In this document: piece after piece, positions 62,601 through 64,000 of the stretch
Layout of the letters: every line of letters starts with the position of its first letter
Position numbering within the stretch: the stretch's first letter is position 1
Assembly (NCBI RefSeq): GCF_023055435.1
Contig: NW_025964334.1
Span: 12,896,001-12,960,000 of the forward strand
Source: Haliotis rufescens
Taxonomy: Eukaryota
Direction of reading: 5' to 3'
Length of the DNA: 64,000 nt
Made by a program: the position numbers and the translations under genes
Notes under the pieces: model-generated
Told to the model about the DNA's origin: nothing
Database searches by the model: none
Seen by the model: only the letters and a program-made list of their open reading frames with translations

Positions 62601-64000
62601 GAACCAAGGTTTTGGCATGACGAGCGCATGCTTACACACTAGGCTACCTGACTGCACCTATCCCCAGAAGAACTTCATTCCACTATTACAGAATAACCGA
62701 AAATTTAACTTTGCTCTGATTTATTTTTTTACAGAGCATCAAGTCTGAATTACATTGTATTCTAAGAGTAACTGCATGAGTGCCACCTCCCTCTTAAGGA
62801 TAGACTAACATCTAGTCTCTGAAATGAACATATTTTACAGTTGTTAAGTTATAGTTATAAAAATAATAAAAAGGAGCCCAGAGACTTTATTCATTTCCTG
62901 ATACTGCAGTAGTCTAGACTTGCCAAATATTATAGACTTCCATGGGCTGTTATTTGGATATATTTGTTTCTGGGTCTGTATAACAAACTCTCTCAGGTAG
63001 TGATAATGCCACAAACATTAGAGTCAATCCAGAATGCTTTTCAAGTTTTTAACAGGATTTTAGTCTTACCATATGGCCTAGTTTCAGATCTTAAAAGACT
63101 GGAATACATTTTACTAGCCTAAGCGGTCAGAACCAAAATCTTAGGGGGGAACATAATCCTGTGCCGGGCTGTACTCGACCTGTTCCCTATCCTGGGTAGA
63201 GTAACCCTGTGTTGATTCTCCCACCTATATCAATAGCACATCTTGTAAACATAGCAGAGACTGAATGATGGACACATGTATGTTGTGTGCAACACTAGCA
63301 GTATCATCACACCCTACACATGATCCAAACAATCTACAGATTGCGTATGATAATCCTATTTGTCTAGCTTGTGTGCACACTGCCTCCAGGGGGAGAATTA
63401 AACGTTCGGCCTATCCCAACATTGATATCATTCAGTCTAACAAGTTTGTAAAGATATAAAGCTGGTCAAAGGTTCAAGGATTAGTAATTTACATAAGAGG
63501 TTTAGGGGAAACTTACTAAAAAGCATACAGTATAGATTTACAAATTAAGCCATGAGCAAACATCGAAGAAGGCCCAACTGTTTCGAAAGGGTTGGAAAAT
63601 CAGTTTTTAATTGTGTGTTTGTTTATACATCATAGACAACANNNNNNNNNNNNNNNNNNNNNNNNNNNNNNNNNNNNNNNNNNNNNNNNNNNNNNNNNNN
63701 NNNNNNNNNNNNNNNNNNNNNNNNNNNNNNNNNNNNNNNNNNNNNNNNNNNNNNNNNNNNNNNNNNNNNNNNNNNNNNNNNNNNNNNNNNNNNNNNNNNN
63801 NNNNNNTGCATAATATATGAATCTACTAGGAACCAATCAATCTCAAATATTCAACATTAGGGTTCTGTTTCTTTTGTTTATTTGTTTGTTGCATGCTTGC
63901 GTATGTGTGTGCGTGTGGTGTGTAATGCCATACTCAGTAATATTCCAGCAGTCTGTAAATAATCAAGTCTAGACCAGACAATCCAGTTGTTGACATGACA

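Noticed and set aside
63068-63110. ATG-initiated mini-exon with gtaaga donor as a MOB2 first exon
   Set aside because: Phase 1, incompatible with the phase-2 acceptor at 53364.

Overview
Eukaryotic (animal) genomic DNA from a draft assembly with four N-gaps. The SINE/MITE repertoire suggests a mollusc, possibly abalone-like; this is inference only. Two intron-containing genes converge tail-to-tail. (1) The last coding exons of an unidentified + strand gene lie at 1107-1193 and 2271-2309, with possible alternative terminal exons. (2) MOB2 (MOB kinase activator 2) lies on the - strand, with four phase-consistent core exons (53198-53364, 43892-43994, 42758-42882, 41264-41607), several candidate alternative first exons and a probable ~5.8 kb 3' UTR. 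Between them is a CpG-retaining ~13-34 kb interval containing a defective FLYWCH-MULE transposon with an 8-bp TSD, a decayed Tc1 fragment, promoter-like sites, a candidate structured ncRNA and a probable false duplication around two gaps. Four retroposon families recur throughout. Three have tRNA-like heads; the fourth has a non-tRNA, self-complementary, ribozyme-like 5' head that has also been amplified into a tandem array. There are also Harbinger-like and pogo-like MITEs, a foldback element and several minisatellites. No CRISPR array or other prokaryotic system is supported. Almost all ORFs in the supplied track are repeat-derived or chance ORFs.
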